NCBI GenBank assembly: GCA_001766815.1
Contig: LYOS01000002.1
Coordinates: 120,001-152,000 of the forward strand
DNA length: 32,000 nt
DNA from: Candidatus Syntropharchaeum caldarium
Lineage (GTDB): Archaea; Halobacteriota; Syntropharchaeia; Syntropharchaeales; Syntropharchaeaceae
Reading direction: 5' to 3'
In this document: piece after piece, positions 29,340 to 32,000 of the stretch
Numbering within the stretch: the stretch's first letter is position 1
Layout of the letters: each line of letters begins with the position of its first letter
Position numbers and translations under genes: made by a program
The notes under the pieces: model-generated
The model's input: the letters and a program-made list of their open reading frames with translations, nothing else
Told to the model about the DNA's origin: nothing
The model's database searches: none

Positions 29340-29893
29340 TGAAGCGAAAGGTCATTGCATGGGTTGGTTATCCAGCCTCCGGAAAGTCTGAAGCATCACG
29401 GGTTGCAGCATCGATGGGTATCCCGGTTGTTGTGATGGGGGATATCGTCCGCAAGGAGGCTCGGAGGCGCGGATTCAAGGAGGAGGATGTCTCCATCGGG
29501 GCCGTTGCCGAGGATCTCAGAAAGAACGAGGGTATGGACGCGATCGCAAAGCGCTCGATCCCATGTATTATGAAAAAAGAGGGTGTGGTAGTTGTTGACG
29601 GTGTGAGGGGGATAGCAGAGGTTGATAGATTCAGAGCTGAATTTGGAAATGATTTTTTTCTTGTAGCGATTCTATCGCCGTTTAAACTGCGGTTTGAAAG
29701 GATGCAAAAGCGTGGAAGGGGGGATGATGGCCTCACAGAAGCAGCATTTAAAGCACGGGACCTGCGAGAAGAGGGGTGGGGACTTCGTGATGCAATCGAG
29801 GCTTCTGATATTGTGATACAGAATGAGGGGGATCTTGATGCGTTTTCAAAGGAAGTTTATCAGGTACTTATGGAGATGATCACAGATGAGTGA
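29339..29893 (+). CDS. UPF0200-type P-loop nucleotide kinase-like protein
   Basis: MKRKVIAWVGYPASGKSE P-loop, VVVDGVRG, and LRFERMQKRGRGDD lid-like segment. Its ATG overlaps the upstream stop (TGATG). Start taken at M27 of the track ORF. Confidence 0.75.
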   Translation: MKRKVIAWVGYPASGKSEASRVAASMGIPVVVMGDIVRKEARRRGFKEEDVSIGAVAEDLRKNEGMDAIAKRSIPCIMKKEGVVVVDGVRGIAEVDRFRAEFGNDFFLVAILSPFKLRFERMQKRGRGDDGLTEAAFKARDLREEGWGLRDAIEASDIVIQNEGDLDAFSKEVYQVLMEMITDE

Positions 29894-30656
29894 AATCGGT
29901 TTTTCATCACTGCTTGTAACAAGTGACCCGTTTGAATGGGTGTGGAAACTTGAGGATGTGGGTTTTGAGGTTTGGGAGGTGGTTGATGAGGGCAAACACA
30001 GAGTTGAAGGGATTAGAGACGGGATCAAAGAGGTCTATGAGACAACAAATCTCAAAATCACCTCGCATGCTCCATTCTCAGACCTCAACATCGCATCTGT
30101 GAACTATCCAATCTGGTCTGAGTCGATAAGGCAGATAAAGCACTGTATTGATCTGATGAGCGAGTTCATCGAGTTTATAACTGTACATCCTGGTGCCCTC
30201 TCTCCGCTTGGAATGCAGATCCCCGATAAAGTGAGGGAACAGGTGATTGCAGGTTTTACAGAGATCTCTGATCACGCTGCGGAGTATGGAATCAGGGTTG
30301 GGCTTGAGAACATGATCGATATCGAGATGCTTCTTGCAAGAACACCTGAGGAGGTTCTGGGGATCATCGAGAATGTTGGGCGGGATAATCTCGGCATAAC
30401 ATGGGATGTGGGACATTCAAATACAACAGGAACGATCGATGGATTCATAGAAATTCTCGATAAGATCTCCCACGTCCATATCCATGACAATCATGGGAGA
30501 AAAGATGAACATCTGCCTGTAGGCGCCGGTACGATCGACTGGGAATATGTGATGCGCAAGCTTGAGGGATTTGATGGAAAGATAATCATCGAGGCGCGGA
30601 GTTTGCAGGACGGGCAGGAGGGATTGAACTATCTCCAGAATATTACAGGGATCTAA
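29886..30656 (+). CDS. Sugar-phosphate isomerase/epimerase (xylose-isomerase-like TIM barrel)
   Basis: 256 aa with VHPG, GLENM, WDVGH and HVHIHDN metal-ligand style motifs of the AP-endonuclease-2/xylose isomerase-like TIM barrel. It overlaps the upstream gene by 8 nt. Confidence 0.75.
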   Translation: MSEIGFSSLLVTSDPFEWVWKLEDVGFEVWEVVDEGKHRVEGIRDGIKEVYETTNLKITSHAPFSDLNIASVNYPIWSESIRQIKHCIDLMSEFIEFITVHPGALSPLGMQIPDKVREQVIAGFTEISDHAAEYGIRVGLENMIDIEMLLARTPEEVLGIIENVGRDNLGITWDVGHSNTTGTIDGFIEILDKISHVHIHDNHGRKDEHLPVGAGTIDWEYVMRKLEGFDGKIIIEARSLQDGQEGLNYLQNITGI

Positions 30657-31234
30657 CGTGGTACCTCGATCGGATCATCATGCCCTGGTATGATCACATC
30701 AGCGATCTCTTCAATCTTCAGAAAACTCTCCATCGCAAGATCAGGATCCACATGTATTCTCGGGATAACACGCTCGTAGTAGTTGTTACGGGTAGGAATC
30801 GCATCCCCTGCAATTACAATGGTTCGCTCTCCACGATAGACGACAGATATGTGCCCCCATGTATGTCCCGGGGTCTCAATTATGGAGATTTTATCTGTTA
30901 CCTGGCGCGTATAGGGTTCAACTCCTTCTGTAAACTCGCCCCGTTTGATCTCTGCTGGATGGGCATACTTTGGTATCTCAAAGCGATCGTTGCATCCTGT
31001 ATGATCGGGATGGAGATGTGTATTTATGATACAATCGATGGCATCAACCCCAAACCCGACTGCTTCTATCCCTGCTTTTATCTGATCCCAGTCCTCGCCA
31101 AGTGCAGTATCAACAAGCACTCTCAGATCATCGTCGATCAGAACAACGGTCGATGAGGCGTAGATAACCGAAATTTCATCATATACCACCTTGCCTGGTT
31201 TCACGATATAGAGATTTTCACAGACCTTATTCAT
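30653..31234 (-). CDS. MBL-fold metallo-hydrolase
   Basis: 193 aa with [10 protein letters not shown] (HxHxDH), a later TPGHTWGH, and a terminal GH(D). Confidence 0.85.
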   Translation of the reverse strand: MNKVCENLYIVKPGKVVYDEISVIYASSTVVLIDDDLRVLVDTALGEDWDQIKAGIEAVGFGVDAIDCIINTHLHPDHTGCNDRFEIPKYAHPAEIKRGEFTEGVEPYTRQVTDKISIIETPGHTWGHISVVYRGERTIVIAGDAIPTRNNYYERVIPRIHVDPDLAMESFLKIEEIADVIIPGHDDPIEVPR

Positions 31235-32000
31235 CGAAGCTCCTCCAGATAGCGCGCAATATCCTTTGCAGCATAGGTGATTATCATATCAGCGCCAGCA
31301 CGCTTCATCGAGAGGTGCATCTCATACATAACCTTCGTTTCATCGATCCAGCCCTGCATCGCCGCTGCCTTTACCATTGAGTACTCACCACTTACACTGT
31401 AAACAGCGGTCGGCATTCCAAATGTGCTCCTGATACGATATACCAGATCAAGGTATGATAGTGCAGGCTTCACCATCACGATGTCAGCACCCTCTAAAAT
31501 ATCAAGTTCAACCTCACGTATCGCCTCATCGGCATTTCCAGGGTCCATCTGGTACGAAGAGCGGTCACCAAATGTATAGGAAGAGTCTGCGGCATCCCTG
31601 AATGGTGCATAGAAGCTGGATGCATATTTTGCAGCATAGGACATGATGAGTGTATCCTGATACCCATTTTCATCAAGAATACCCCTGATCGAGGATACCA
31701 TACCATCCATCATACCTGAGGGTGCAACAATATCAGCACCCGCCCTTGCATGCGATAGAGCCATCCCTGCGATTTTTTCAAGTGTCGGATCGTTCAGGAT
31801 CTTTTCACCCTCAACTATTCCACAGTGTCCATGCGTTGTGTACTCGCAGAGACAGACGTCTGTTATAATAACGAGCCTATCACCAAGCGCATCCCGTATC
31901 GCCTCAATCGTGCGTTGTATGACCCCTTCTTCATCAAGCGCAGAGGTTCCAGCAGCATCTTTCGTTTCTGGTATCCCGAAGAGGAGCACGGCAGGGATCC
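31231..32000 (-). CDS. hemB: Porphobilinogen synthase (delta-aminolevulinate dehydratase), N-terminus beyond the window
   Basis: Zn-site [14 protein letters not shown], Schiff-base lysine context [13 protein letters not shown], and YSVSGEYSM. The frame stays open to the window edge (...[10 protein letters not shown]), so the track start (GTG 31989) is internal. Confidence 0.92.
   Translation of the reverse strand, partial: IPAVLLFGIPETKDAAGTSALDEEGVIQRTIEAIRDALGDRLVIITDVCLCEYTTHGHCGIVEGEKILNDPTLEKIAGMALSHARAGADIVAPSGMMDGMVSSIRGILDENGYQDTLIMSYAAKYASSFYAPFRDAADSSYTFGDRSSYQMDPGNADEAIREVELDILEGADIVMVKPALSYLDLVYRIRSTFGMPTAVYSVSGEYSMVKAAAMQGWIDETKVMYEMHLSMKRAGADMIITYAAKDIARYLEELR

Overview
This is a chromosomal window from an anaerobic euryarchaeon. 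Gene content and rRNA look methanogen- or ANME-like, but the exact taxon cannot be called by eye. The window opens inside a 16S-tRNA(Ala)-23S rRNA operon (1-4459). The 23S is enclosed by a long processing stem with a BHB-like motif, and no 5S gene is linked. About 17 kb of tightly packed housekeeping genes follow: THUMP tRNA methyltransferase, GMP synthase subunit B, PfkA-type phosphofructokinase, 6-phospho-3-hexuloisomerase, a membrane-anchored ArsR-like regulator, an ABC ATPase without permease, SerA, tRNA-Gly(CCC), Sec61beta, aspartokinase, a CBS protein plus cation/H+ antiporter, a P-type ATPase, rhomboid and an APS-kinase-like protein. The only clearly accessory stretch is 21.83-24.64 kb. 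It holds a truncated radical-SAM gene remnant abutting three minus-strand genes. These are a 155-aa HsdR_N-like PD-(D/E)xK protein, a strongly AT-rich 637-aa protein, and an 83-aa HNH nuclease translationally coupled to the 637-aa gene. The 637-aa protein combines a dGTPase/SAMHD1-like HD fold whose metal ligands are substituted (HD->FN) with a C-terminal PD-(D/E)xK motif. The trio sits 40 nt downstream of, and co-directional with, the glutaredoxin-like/nrdD (class III RNR) genes. I consider it the best candidate for an undescribed, probably defence-type, system. The remaining genes are core functions: nrdG, Fap7-like kinase, CDP-alcohol phosphatidyltransferase, UPF0200 kinase-like protein, TIM-barrel isomerase, MBL hydrolase and partial HemB. 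I saw no CRISPR array, transposase or integrase. All homology statements rest on by-eye motif recognition and need profile or structure searches to confirm.
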